This document shows, one piece after another, positions 19,522-29,356 of a DNA stretch of 64,000 nt; position 1 is the stretch's first letter, and the number at the start of each line of letters is the position of its first letter. The stretch is from Candidatus Latescibacterota bacterium (GTDB lineage: Bacteria > Latescibacterota > UBA2968 > GCA-2709665). The notes under the pieces were generated by a model. It had not been told where the DNA came from and ran no database searches. It worked only from the letters and a program-made list of their open reading frames with translations. The DNA lies in assembly GCA_965219995.1 (NCBI GenBank), contig CBDCOX010000002.1, positions 736,001-800,000 on the forward strand, given 5' to 3'. The translations under genes were made by a program, and so were the position numbers.

Positions 19522-20589
19522 ATGGAAATCCGGGCTGTCCGCGAGGACGAAATCGAGGAGACGCTTGAACTGCAGCGGCTGGTATTCCGGCCGGACGAGG
19601 GGGAAGGAGCGCTCGATCGGTACCGTTCGTACGTACGGGACGACCCGAGCTACCGTCCGGAACAGTCGCGGGTTCTCGTCGAAGACGGGCGAATCGTTGC
19701 GCATCTGCGGGTCTGGGATCGGGAAATCCGCGTACGGGGCGCCTTGTTTCGAGCCGGCGGAATCGGCAGCGTGCTGACCCACCCCGATTTCCGGGGCAGG
19801 GGATACGCGCGCGCCCTGATGCGGAATACCGAGAAGGTTCTGCTTGGCGCCGGGTACGACGTGGGGCTCCTGTTTTCGATTATCGGCACACCGTTTTACG
19901 AAGCGCTTGGCTGGACGCCCGTCCCGCTGCCGACGTTTACCGTGGACATGAAGTCGGAGCCCGGCGACCGTCTGCCAACCGGTGTGCGCGCCCTGCATAT
20001 GGACCGGGACCTGGATGCCGTGATGGCAATTTACGCACAATGTTCCGGTTGCCTGACCGGTCCGGAGTCCCGGCCGAGAGAGTACTGGAGCGCCGGCCCC
20101 TCGAGGCTGCGGGGCGTTTTCCCGGCGTGGGGCGTGGGGCGGGGTTCGGACTTGCGGGGCTACGCGACCTTCGACGCGTCCGCCGATCGGATCTGGGTAA
20201 AAGAGGGATGCGTTGAGCCGGCGCACGAGGATGCATTCGACGACCTGGCAACGTGGATCTGCCGGTGCGCCCGCCGGCGCGGAGCGACGCGGGTAGAGGG
20301 CAGTCTCCCCGCGGGCAACGGATTGGTGAGCGCGTTCGAACGGGTCTGTGGTTCCGCCGCAAGGTGGAACAGCCACGATGAAATGATGTTGAAGGGGATC
20401 AACTGGCGCACGATCGGCGACAGGTTGAACGCGGATCCGCCACGAGGTTTCCCGCCTGCGGACGAGGGCGCATTCTGGCGCGCGTTGTACGGTCAGGACG
20501 TGGAAGGCCTGGATGAGTCGCTGGCGGGATGGATGGCCTCGCTGCCGAAGTGCGAAGGACCCTTCTACTGGTGGAGCGATATATTTTAG
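19522..20589 (+). CDS. GNAT family N-acetyltransferase (Eis-like)
   Basis: GIGSVLTHPDFRGRGYA, FYEALGW. Confidence 0.85.
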   Translation: MEIRAVREDEIEETLELQRLVFRPDEGEGALDRYRSYVRDDPSYRPEQSRVLVEDGRIVAHLRVWDREIRVRGALFRAGGIGSVLTHPDFRGRGYARALMRNTEKVLLGAGYDVGLLFSIIGTPFYEALGWTPVPLPTFTVDMKSEPGDRLPTGVRALHMDRDLDAVMAIYAQCSGCLTGPESRPREYWSAGPSRLRGVFPAWGVGRGSDLRGYATFDASADRIWVKEGCVEPAHEDAFDDLATWICRCARRRGATRVEGSLPAGNGLVSAFERVCGSAARWNSHDEMMLKGINWRTIGDRLNADPPRGFPPADEGAFWRALYGQDVEGLDESLAGWMASLPKCEGPFYWWSDIF

Positions 20590-22421
20590 GCGATGCGCGA
20601 TTCGGCCTCGTCCACCATACCTTCCAGAATCTGCGACGCAAGCCGGTCGATTGCGGTTTTCGTGGCCTGCAGGTTGGTTCCGCACAGGCGGGGATGGTCC
20701 ACCGATCCGGCGGAGACGTAGTATTTGATCTTGGGTTCTGTTCCCGACGGTCTTGCGGTAACGCGAGTATGGCCGGCGGAGGTGAACGTGAAGGCGATGA
20801 CGTCGCCCTTTGCACCCCCGATCGTCCGGGTGGTCCCCGTGTGCGGATTCAGCGCACTTCCTTCCCTTCTGTCGATGATCTCCACGACTTCGCGGCCGCC
20901 TATCTTTCGCGGTGGACGATTCCGCAGGGATTCCATAATGCGAACGATGTCCCGGCTCCCCCGTGCACCGGCCCTGGACACGGACCGCTGGATCTCCCTG
21001 AAGTAGCCGTATTCCTCATAGATATCATCCAGGTATTCCCGCAATGTGCGCCCACGGGTTTTGAGGTGGGCGGCGCATTCGCACAGAAGGACGGCGGCAG
21101 CGGCCGCGTCCTTGTCTCTGGTGAACGAACCGGCCAGATAGCCGTGGCTTTCTTCGGCGCCGAACAGGAATTCGGACCCGGGCGGAAGATCGGCGATGAC
21201 CCTGCCGATGTATTTGAAGCCGACCAGCAGGTCGTCCGCCACCCTGGCGCCAAAGGCGCGTGCAATGATGGACGTCAGGTCCGTTGTGACGATTGTTTTC
21301 GCGACAATCCCGTCCGCCGGCAGTTTCCGGCGGTTCTTTTTTGCCTGCAAGAGGTAGTGGCAGAGAACAACGGCGATCTGATTGCCATTGAGCGCAAGCT
21401 CTTCGAGGGGCGCGTCCCACCCGGCGCGGGAGTCCGGAACGGCGCAACCGAGCCGGTCGGCATCCGGGTCGCTGGCGATGACTATATCGGCGTCGGTCCG
21501 GGCGGCTTTTTGTACGGCCAGAGCCAGGGAGCGGGGATCTTCCGGGTTGGCGACGCCTTCGGGTACCGTGGGGAAGTTGCCGTCGGGTTGCGCCTGCGAA
21601 GGCACCATATGGAGGTCTGCGTAGCCGAGGACTTCGAGCACCGGCAATATCGACGTCGCCCCAACGCCGTGGAGAGGCGTGTAGACCACCCGGACGTTTC
21701 GTTCCGTTCCCAGGGAAAGGTTGGCCAGCTCACGTTGGTAGCGGGTGTCGACGGCACGGTCGAGTGTTTCGATGAGACCCTGTTCGACCGCCCGGTTGAA
21801 GTCGAGTCTTTCTATCGTGCGTACCGAGTTGACTTCCGCGGTAATATTTCTGTCGTGAGGGGGTACGATCTGGCCGCCGTCGGACCAGTACACCTTGATT
21901 CCGTTGTCGCCAGGCGGGTTGTGGCTTGCGCTGATCACCACGCCGGCGACCGCGTTGGTCAGCCGGACCGCGAAGGAAAGTTGGGGGGAAGACCGGCAGG
22001 ACTCGAAGATTCTGGCGCGGATCCCGTTTCCGGCGAGAATGGCCGCCACCTCGCCGGCGAAACCCTTTGAATTGTTGCGAGTGTCATATGCGATGACTGC
22101 GCCGCGCCGCGGAGCATCGGTACCGGATTCGAGGAGGTATTGTGCGATGCCCTGTGCGGCTTCGCCGACGGTCCGCAGGTTGATGCGGTTCGGGCCCGGC
22201 CCCATGGCGCCGCGCATGCCGCCGGTGCCGAATGCGATCCGGGCGCGAAATGCGTCTTCCAGTTCGTCCAGGTCTCCAGCCTGCATCAGGGTTCGGATTT
22301 CCTCGACGAACGCGGCGTAACCCGGATCGGTAAGCCAGAGTGCGGCGTTCTCTCCGGCGGCTTTGGAAAGTCCGCCCTCGTCGACCCAGACCTGGATTTG
22401 TCTGATCGGGTCCATTGCCAT
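20586..22421 (-). CDS. Phosphoglucomutase/phosphomannomutase
   Basis: FGTGGMRG, SASHNP, DPDADR, EESHG, RPSGTEPKIK. Confidence 0.93.
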   Translation of the reverse strand: MAMDPIRQIQVWVDEGGLSKAAGENAALWLTDPGYAAFVEEIRTLMQAGDLDELEDAFRARIAFGTGGMRGAMGPGPNRINLRTVGEAAQGIAQYLLESGTDAPRRGAVIAYDTRNNSKGFAGEVAAILAGNGIRARIFESCRSSPQLSFAVRLTNAVAGVVISASHNPPGDNGIKVYWSDGGQIVPPHDRNITAEVNSVRTIERLDFNRAVEQGLIETLDRAVDTRYQRELANLSLGTERNVRVVYTPLHGVGATSILPVLEVLGYADLHMVPSQAQPDGNFPTVPEGVANPEDPRSLALAVQKAARTDADIVIASDPDADRLGCAVPDSRAGWDAPLEELALNGNQIAVVLCHYLLQAKKNRRKLPADGIVAKTIVTTDLTSIIARAFGARVADDLLVGFKYIGRVIADLPPGSEFLFGAEESHGYLAGSFTRDKDAAAAAVLLCECAAHLKTRGRTLREYLDDIYEEYGYFREIQRSVSRAGARGSRDIVRIMESLRNRPPRKIGGREVVEIIDRREGSALNPHTGTTRTIGGAKGDVIAFTFTSAGHTRVTARPSGTEPKIKYYVSAGSVDHPRLCGTNLQATKTAIDRLASQILEGMVDEAESRIA

Positions 22422-22619
22422 TCTTTGCTCAGTTGCGCTCCTGCTGAATACACGCCGGCAACGTCGAGTACGGTAAGGAAGAGCCCCCGTGCGAAGATGC
22501 CGATACCGCGTTTTCTAATATATCCTTTGTGAAGCTGCGATCAACAGATAAATCGCTTGACTTTCGGAAGGCATTGTGCATATTGTTCGTAAGTGAAACA
22601 GTTATAAGGAGTTGGTCAC

Positions 22620-23321
22620 ATGACTATACTCTGTTTATTGCTGCTTGCGCTCGCCATGATCGTTCTTCCGCCGTTCCGTCTCCGGGCGCGCGGCCACAAT
22701 GGCGGCGGGCGGGAGCCGGCGCTGGAGATACGTTTGAGACCGTGGATCGGCGTCGCCGGTTTCCGGCTTTTCTACGCTGACGGCGGCTGGCGCGCCGGCG
22801 CGCTTCTGGGCTGGTGGGCCGTGGGGGCATCGCCGTTGACGAAGGAAGAGGGTCGAAAGAAGAAACGAAGCGGCGGGGAACGCATCGGAAAGGAGCCGGC
22901 CGATCCGGACGGCTTCCCGGCAATGGTCGAACGGCTGGCGAGGGCCGGCGTCCATATCAAGAGACAGTGGGCGCCCCTGCGGCGTTCCGCGTTCCGTTTC
23001 CTGAACGGCTTTCGTCTTCGCAGCATCAAATGCAAGGTGACGTTCGGAGCATCCGATCCGGCCATCACGGGGCAGGTTTTCGGATATAGCATGGCTGCCA
23101 CGTCCCTGATCGGGATCAGGGCATTCGTAGACGTAACGCCCGATTTCACGAGACAGCGTCTGGATGGGGATGCTGAACTGGAAATCTGGATATATCCCCA
23201 CCGGTTATTATGGGCGTTCGCCTGGTTCGGGTGGCGCGTGGGGCTTACATGGATATCGGAACGACGAAGACGGGAACGCCATGTCCAGGGCGTCGTAAGT
23301 GGTGGCGCGACGAGTTGTTAA
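22620..23321 (+). CDS. DUF2953 (YtfI-like) membrane-anchored protein
   Basis: N-terminal TM, FGASDPAITG...G, VTPDF. Directly upstream of a YtfJ homologue. Confidence 0.7.
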   Translation: MTILCLLLLALAMIVLPPFRLRARGHNGGGREPALEIRLRPWIGVAGFRLFYADGGWRAGALLGWWAVGASPLTKEEGRKKKRSGGERIGKEPADPDGFPAMVERLARAGVHIKRQWAPLRRSAFRFLNGFRLRSIKCKVTFGASDPAITGQVFGYSMAATSLIGIRAFVDVTPDFTRQRLDGDAELEIWIYPHRLLWAFAWFGWRVGLTWISERRRRERHVQGVVSGGATSC

Positions 23322-23330
23322 GGAGGAATC

Positions 23331-23729
23331 ATGTCTGTCGAGGATCTCATCAAAACGGTAATGACGGAATTCCGGCAAATCGTGAAAGCGGAGACGGTCG
23401 TGGGTGAGCCGATCGACGTGGAAGGCACGGTTGTGGTACCTGTCTCCAGGATTTCGTTCGGCTTCGGCGCGGGCGGGGGTTCGGACAAGTCGGACGGTGG
23501 CGGGAGCGGCACCGGAGGCGGGGCATCCGTCGAACCCCTGGCATTTGTCGTCATTCGAGACGGAAAAGCCCAGATCCTGCCCGTTCAGGAGAAAGAGGGC
23601 TCCATAAAGGGGCTACTGGATCTGGCGCCGGACATTCTGTCGAAGGTAAGAGGGTTCAAGGAGAAGAGAGAACGCAGGAAAGCCGAAACCGACGCCGAGA
23701 CGGATTCCAACGACGATGTGAGCGCATAG
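23331..23729 (+). CDS. ytfJ: GerW/YtfJ family protein
   Basis: TVVGEPI, VVPVSRISFGFGAGGG, GGGASVEPLAFVV. Confidence 0.88.
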   Translation: MSVEDLIKTVMTEFRQIVKAETVVGEPIDVEGTVVVPVSRISFGFGAGGGSDKSDGGGSGTGGGASVEPLAFVVIRDGKAQILPVQEKEGSIKGLLDLAPDILSKVRGFKEKRERRKAETDAETDSNDDVSA

Positions 23730-23741
23730 TCCGGGGCAGCC

Positions 23742-24971
23742 ATGGTCCGGCTTCTGCTCCTCCTTCCGACAACGACCTATCGCACGCACGACTTCATGGC
23801 GGCGGCTGATGCGCTCGAGGTCGCCGTGGTCGTGGGCTCAGAACGCCGGCAGGCGCTTGCCGCTGAGACACCCGGGAGCACGCTGGTACTGGATTTCGCA
23901 AGGCCGGCCGCGTCGGTCGACAGGATTGTCGCCTTTGACAGGGAATACCCGGTCCGGACGGTGGTCGGGGTAGACGACGAGACCGTCGTGCTCGCCGCGA
24001 TGGCCTGCAGGGCGCTCGGACTTCCGCACAACTCGGTGGCGTCCGTCCGTGCATCCCGATACAAACACATCATGCGCCGCATGCTTGCGGAAAAAGGCCT
24101 GCCCTCGCCCGGGTTCAGGCTTTTTTCGTGTTCGGAAAGTCCGGAAGCCGCCGCCGCGACGGCCGACTACCCGTGCGTACTGAAACCCGTGTTTCTTTCT
24201 GCCAGCCGGGGTGTGGTCCGCGCGGATGACGAGGCGGAATTCGTGGCGGCGTTCCGCCGTATTGCAAAAATGATTTCGGGGTCTGCGCACGACACGGCGG
24301 AAGGCGGAGATTGTATTCTCGCGGAAGACTACATTCCCGGCCGGGAGGTGGCGCTGGAAGGATTGCTGGTCGAGGGAGAGTTGCAGACCCTGGCGCTGTT
24401 CGACAAGCCGGATCCCCTGCGCGGTCCGTATTTCGCCGAGACGCTGTATATCACGCCCTCGCGGCTGGCCGAATGTATCCAGGCGCAGATACGTGAAACC
24501 ACGCAGCAGGCCGCACGGGCTCTAGGGCTGAGCGTAGGGCCCGTGCACGCGGAACTTCGCCTGAACCGACGCGGTATCTACGTGGTGGAAATCGCCGCGC
24601 GGTCCATCGGCGGGCTGTGTTCGCGCGTCTTGTGCTTTGACGCCGGCGCCTCGCTCGAGGAGCTGATTCTGCGCCAGGCGAGCGGGTTGCCTCCCGGCGA
24701 CTTGCGGATGGAAGACGGCGCGGGCGGCGTAATGATGCTGCCGGTGCCGAAACGGGGCGTTCTGAGGTACGTGCGGGGCACGGCAGCGTCACGGCGCGTG
24801 CCCGGTATCAGCGACGTCGCGGTCACGGTTCCTTTGGGTCGGCGTGTACTGCCGCTGCCCGAGGGAGACCGTTACCTGGGGTTCATCTTCGCACGCGCGA
24901 AGACGCCCGCGGCCGTGGAAGCGGCGCTCAGGGAGGCCGGGGGTCTGCTCGATATCGGGATTGAGGCGTAG
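23742..24971 (+). CDS. ATP-grasp domain protein
   Basis: YPCVLKP..SASRGV, EDYIPGRE, HAELR, EIAARSIGG. Confidence 0.9.
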   Translation: MVRLLLLLPTTTYRTHDFMAAADALEVAVVVGSERRQALAAETPGSTLVLDFARPAASVDRIVAFDREYPVRTVVGVDDETVVLAAMACRALGLPHNSVASVRASRYKHIMRRMLAEKGLPSPGFRLFSCSESPEAAAATADYPCVLKPVFLSASRGVVRADDEAEFVAAFRRIAKMISGSAHDTAEGGDCILAEDYIPGREVALEGLLVEGELQTLALFDKPDPLRGPYFAETLYITPSRLAECIQAQIRETTQQAARALGLSVGPVHAELRLNRRGIYVVEIAARSIGGLCSRVLCFDAGASLEELILRQASGLPPGDLRMEDGAGGVMMLPVPKRGVLRYVRGTAASRRVPGISDVAVTVPLGRRVLPLPEGDRYLGFIFARAKTPAAVEAALREAGGLLDIGIEA

Positions 24972-25021
24972 AAAGTCCGCAAACCGGCTGTCGCTCGGGT
25001 TTTCCTCTGCGGTGCCTCGGA

Positions 25022-26449
25022 TTACACAAGAGCAAACTGCTCTTCGGTGGGCTCCGCTCAGCAGTACCAGGGTTCGGTGAGGCGGGGAACGGGCCGGAGG
25101 GGCGGGTCGAGATCCGGAATTCGAACGGAAGTCGGTCGATCCAGCCGCGTGTCGACAGTCGAGCGGATCCGGTGAAAGATCCGGCGCCGGGTGGCGTCCC
25201 GATTCTGGAGCCGCGTGACCAACAGGGTGAGTTCGCGCTGAAGCCGGTCCAGACGGGCATCGGGATGGGTCCACGGGTACGTCAGGTCTTCGTCTGAAAA
25301 CGGCCCGACCAGGCCCCGGACGCGGGCGAGTTCCAGCAGTCTCGATCCTCGGGGAATGAGAAGCCGGATGGTCAGCTGCACCGGGGATACGTTTTCAATC
25401 AGGTCCAGTTCGGCGAGGGTATCAAGGAAACCGGCGTACTGATCCGCGGTGGTCCAGGGTGTGAAGGGGATGAACGTGGGGTTCAAGATCAGGCCGTACC
25501 GGCGGAAGAGTCGTACGACCCGGATGAAGTCGTCGGCCGTATGGCCCTTGTCCATCAGCGTGAGGACGCCGTCGTCGAGTGACTCCACGGCGGTCGTAAC
25601 AATGGCGCACCCGGTATCCCGCAGTACTGGAAGAAAACGGCGGTATTTCAGGAGGTGTTCGATCTTGACGGTAATATCGTACGTCAACTCGGGAAATCTC
25701 GCGTGGAGTTTCTGAATCAGGGGTACCGCGTGTCCGATTCCGTTGAAAAAGTCGGGATCGCCGAACGTGATGTGTGTAGCCCCGGCGTCAACCTGTTTCG
25801 CGACGTCGTCCAGTACGACGTCCGCCTGCACGATGCGGAATCTGCCGTTGTATACGGGAACCACCGGGCAATGGCGGCAAAGGTGCTTGCAGCCCCGGCT
25901 GGCCTCCGTATATCCCACGGTCTTTTCCTGTCCGGCGCCCGTGGAGAGCCGTGCGTATTTTGAAAGGTCCGGCAGACCCTTTCGGTCGGGCGGAAGAAAC
26001 TGCTGTCTGCCCAGGAAAACAACGGGTTCGGACCGGCGGTGCGGGTTCTCCGGGTTCCCCCTCAGCCTGTTGCAGAGACGGAGCAGGCCCGTTTCGAATT
26101 CCCCGCCGAGGACCGTCTGCGCGCCCAGACCGCGCAGGTATGATTCATTGACCGGCGCGTACAGACCGTAGAAGCACAGGTGGGCGCTGGCGTTCAGGCC
26201 ACGTACCTTCCCCACCAGGGGTACGGCCAGCCGCGTGGCGGTATGCATCGGGACGTAGAACGCCACCAGGTCGGCGGAACGCACGGCCTCGTGCGGAAAA
26301 CCGTCGATCGAGACGTCCGCGAGAACGACGTCCATTCCATGTGCCCGCAACCATGCGGCCGGCGATGCCAGACCGAATGGCTGACGCCCGAGTTCGTATG
26401 TCGAAACGAGTACGATCCGAAACGGAGATGTCCGGACTGTTGTTTGCAT
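25022..26449 (-). CDS. B12-binding radical SAM selenoprotein, CUAEP-tail family (Sec at TGA 25058-25060)
   Basis: CKHLCRHC motif and N-terminal B12-binding-like domain. C-terminus reads EPWYC-TGA-AEPTEEQFALV-TAA. Confidence 0.88.
25025..25049 (-). promoter_or_regulatory. Putative bacterial SECIS hairpin
   Basis: CAC-CG-AAGAGCA-GUU-UGCUCUU-GUG, with the loop G 21 nt after the UGA. Confidence 0.7.
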
Positions 26450-26473
26450 GACCTTTTCGAATGCCCGAAAACG

Positions 26474-26515
26474 CAACGGCAGACGCGAGGGGAGACCCCC
26501 GGTCGTCTGCCGTTG
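26474..26515. repeat. Strong intergenic hairpin between nfuA and the radical SAM gene
   Basis: CAACGGCAGACG...CGTCTGCCGTTG 12-bp perfect arms with an inner GGGG-AGA-CCCC stem. Confidence 0.75.
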
Positions 26516-26529
26516 TATTTCCTCCGGTG

Positions 26530-27114
26530 TTATTTTGAGGACTGGTAGTACGGGTTTTCGCCGTCCGCGTGCTCGGTAATGTCGAGAATCTCGTCAATTT
26601 CGGGCACGGCCTCCTTAATCAGCACCTCGACACCCTGCTTGAGTGTCACATCGACCATGCCGCAGCCCTGGCATCCGCCCCCGAACTGAATGTATGCTTT
26701 GTTGTCCTTCACGTCCACCAGAGAGATGTTGCCGCCGTGCATCGCGACGCTGGGATTGATTTTCTCGTCGATGATGTTCTGGATCTTCTCCGCGGCGGTT
26801 CCCTTAAGGTGCGGCGGCACCTTGTTGGGATTCTCGATTTTGAAGCCGCGTCCCATCAGGCTGTCCACAAAGTCCAGCGTGATGTCCTGTGCGTACGGGG
26901 CGCTTTCCGGGTCGACGTAGATATTGAATCCGTCGAATGGCGTGACCTCGTCCGCCTCCTCTTCCTGTCCGTGGGCAACAAACGCGAGGCGGTAGTTGGC
27001 CTGCAGCGGCGACACCGCTTCCGCCTTGACACGAACGCCAACGATGGCCGATTCCTGGTTCCGAATCAGGTTGACGACCTCCTTCTGCGCGGCTTCTGTA
27101 ACCGTGATGTTCAT
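26530..27114 (-). CDS. nfuA: Fe/S biogenesis protein NfuA
   Basis: Degenerate A-type carrier N-domain (GFKIENPN) plus NifU C-domain GGCQGC and DITEH. Confidence 0.9.
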   Translation of the reverse strand: MNITVTEAAQKEVVNLIRNQESAIVGVRVKAEAVSPLQANYRLAFVAHGQEEEADEVTPFDGFNIYVDPESAPYAQDITLDFVDSLMGRGFKIENPNKVPPHLKGTAAEKIQNIIDEKINPSVAMHGGNISLVDVKDNKAYIQFGGGCQGCGMVDVTLKQGVEVLIKEAVPEIDEILDITEHADGENPYYQSSK

Positions 27115-27154
27115 ATCGGCCCTCCCCTCAGAGAGATGTGCGTTGCCAGGGTGG

Positions 27155-27649
27155 TCAGGATTCCAATGCCACTGTTGGCTTCGCAGGATGTTCCCGGTCG
27201 ATTTTTTCCTGGATCTTCATCAGCGCGGACAGCAGATCCTCGGGGCGGGGCGGACAGCCGGGCACATAGATATCCACCGGCAGGAACTGATCGACGCCCT
27301 GCACCAGGGTATACGTATTGAATACGCCCCCTGACGATGCACATGCGCCCATCGAAATCACCCATTTCGGATCCGGCATCTGATCGTAGATTTTCTTGAG
27401 TACCGGCATCATCTTGATCGAAATCCGTCCGGATACAATGAGCAGATCGGACTGACGGGGCGAAAACCGAACCGCTTCGGCGCCGAACCGGGCCATGTCG
27501 AAGCGCCCCGAGAGCGTGGCCATCATTTCGATGGCGCAGCAGGCCGTGCCGAACGGCATCGGCCAGAGGGATGACTTGCGCGCCCAGTTTATCATCTTGG
27601 ACAGTGTGGTCGTGATAACATTGTCCCCGAGTCCCGTCTCAAGTCCCAT
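27155..27649 (-). CDS. nuoB: NADH-quinone oxidoreductase subunit B, orphan paralogue
   Basis: [31 protein letters not shown]. Confidence 0.93.
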   Translation of the reverse strand: MGLETGLGDNVITTTLSKMINWARKSSLWPMPFGTACCAIEMMATLSGRFDMARFGAEAVRFSPRQSDLLIVSGRISIKMMPVLKKIYDQMPDPKWVISMGACASSGGVFNTYTLVQGVDQFLPVDIYVPGCPPRPEDLLSALMKIQEKIDREHPAKPTVALES

Positions 27650-27753
27650 CGATCACCTCTGGCAGAATGGATGGATTCGTTACTTTTGGTTACCTTCGGC
27701 GGCATTTCGCCGCCGGCAATCCGTCCGCCTGGCCCAAAAAACCGGGCAGGCTG

Positions 27754-28233
27754 TCAGTCCGTTACCTGAATCAGTTCCTTTGTCACGTGCTGCAGACACG
27801 CATCCGTGGCCTGCTCGTCTCCCAGCAGGTCATTCAGGGTAACGCGGCTCAGCAGCTGATCGATCACGGACTGTACGGAGGTCCAGAGCGACCGGATCGA
27901 ACAGTCGACGGAGTGCGTGCACAATGCTTCTTGGCCGGCGTGTTCGTCGCAGAATTCCGGACTGAAGAGGCGACCGCCGAGCGCCGCCAGTACATCGCCA
28001 ACCACAACCAGGTCGGCCGGCTGCGCGAGTACGTACCCTCCCGACTGACCTCGAACGCTCTCCACGAATCCCCCGAGGCGCAGGAGGCGCATCAGCTTTG
28101 CGACATTGGGGACGGAAAGTCCCTCAATCTGGCTGATCTCCGAAATGGAGAGGCCGCCGCCGGTTTCTCTCTGCCGCCGGCCGATCTGAAGCAGGCACCG
28201 AAGCCCGTATTCTTCCCCAGCGCTCAATTTCAT
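27754..28233 (-). CDS. Rrf2 family transcriptional regulator (Fe-S sensing)
   Basis: wHTH with SVRGQSGGY and a CX9CX5C Cys triad. Confidence 0.9.
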   Translation of the reverse strand: MKLSAGEEYGLRCLLQIGRRQRETGGGLSISEISQIEGLSVPNVAKLMRLLRLGGFVESVRGQSGGYVLAQPADLVVVGDVLAALGGRLFSPEFCDEHAGQEALCTHSVDCSIRSLWTSVQSVIDQLLSRVTLNDLLGDEQATDACLQHVTKELIQVTD

Positions 28234-28376
28234 GGCGCTATCGAATTCCTCTGTACGGGTTGGAGGTCTGGATCATTCCATCCGCCCGGTCAACGGTCGC
28301 ACGAATTTCCCAACGCCGCGTGTCCGGAATCCGTACTCCCGGCGGACGCCTGTTACCGCCGGACGCTGAAACACGG

Positions 28377-28880
28377 CTATAGCAGTCCCAGTTCGAGCCT
28401 TGCGGCTTCGGACATCATCTCCGGGTTCCAAGGCGGGTCGAAGGTCAGGTCCAGGTTGACGTCCCGGACGCCGTCGACCGATCGGGTGGCGCTTTCTACC
28501 TGTCCGGGAAGGATTCCCGCGGCCGGACAGGCGGGGGAGGTGAGGGTCATGCGGACGTACGTCATCCCGGAGGGTTCGACCTTGATGTCGTAAATGAGGC
28601 CGATGTCGTAGATGTTGACAGGAATCTCCGGGTCGAATACCGTACGATGGGCGGCGATGATGTTCTCCCTTACGGCCTCGGTGTCTACCGGGCCGTCGGA
28701 TTCGGCCGTATCGGCCGTTGCCTGCCGTTCTTCCGCGCGTCCGGCGGCGTGCGCTTCCAGGGCGCTTGTGTCGACGGGAGTCGCATTGTCTTTCGCGCCT
28801 GCGTCCGGTACGCCTTCTCGAGCCGCATCCTCGTCTTCCCTGTCGTTACTGTACAGACGGTTCAGCAATCGGTCGAGCAA
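28377..28880 (-). CDS. sufT: SUF system protein SufT (DUF59)
   Basis: DPEIPVNIYDIGLIY, TLTSPACP, FDPPW. Confidence 0.88.
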   Translation of the reverse strand: MLDRLLNRLYSNDREDEDAAREGVPDAGAKDNATPVDTSALEAHAAGRAEERQATADTAESDGPVDTEAVRENIIAAHRTVFDPEIPVNIYDIGLIYDIKVEPSGMTYVRMTLTSPACPAAGILPGQVESATRSVDGVRDVNLDLTFDPPWNPEMMSEAARLELGLL

Positions 28881-28903
28881 AGCGAATTCCTCCTCATCTT
28901 CGA

Positions 28904-29356
28904 CTACTCGGTGGTTACCGGCCGGCTGCTGTTTTCAAGCGCGGCCAGAAGGGTGTGCCAGGCGAGGGTTGCGCATTTGATGCGCACGGGAAATTCGCGC
29001 ACCCCGGTAAAGACGGCCAGTTTCCCGATACCGTCCGTATCGGGCGGGGACGAAACATCGCTGGTCACCAGGTCGTGGAACTTGCCGAAGAGCGACTCCG
29101 CTTCCCGCAGTGTCCGGCCCTTGACCGCGTCGGTCATCAGGGAAGCCGACGCCTTCGAAATGGCGCATCCGGCGCCCTGAAAGGCGATATCCGCGATCCG
29201 GTCGCCCTCGAATTTGACATAGACGTTCAGGTGATCGCCGCACAGCGGATTGTGACCTTCGGATTCCCTGTCCGGATCGACCATGACCCGGAAGTTCCGC
29301 GGACTCTTGTTATGGTCCAGGATGACCTGCTGGTAGAGTTCCCGTAGGTCGGACAT
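28904..29356 (-). CDS. sufU: SUF system NifU-like protein SufU
   Basis: NPLCGD, GCAISKAS, RIKCATLAW. Confidence 0.93.
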   Translation of the reverse strand: MSDLRELYQQVILDHNKSPRNFRVMVDPDRESEGHNPLCGDHLNVYVKFEGDRIADIAFQGAGCAISKASASLMTDAVKGRTLREAESLFGKFHDLVTSDVSSPPDTDGIGKLAVFTGVREFPVRIKCATLAWHTLLAALENSSRPVTTE

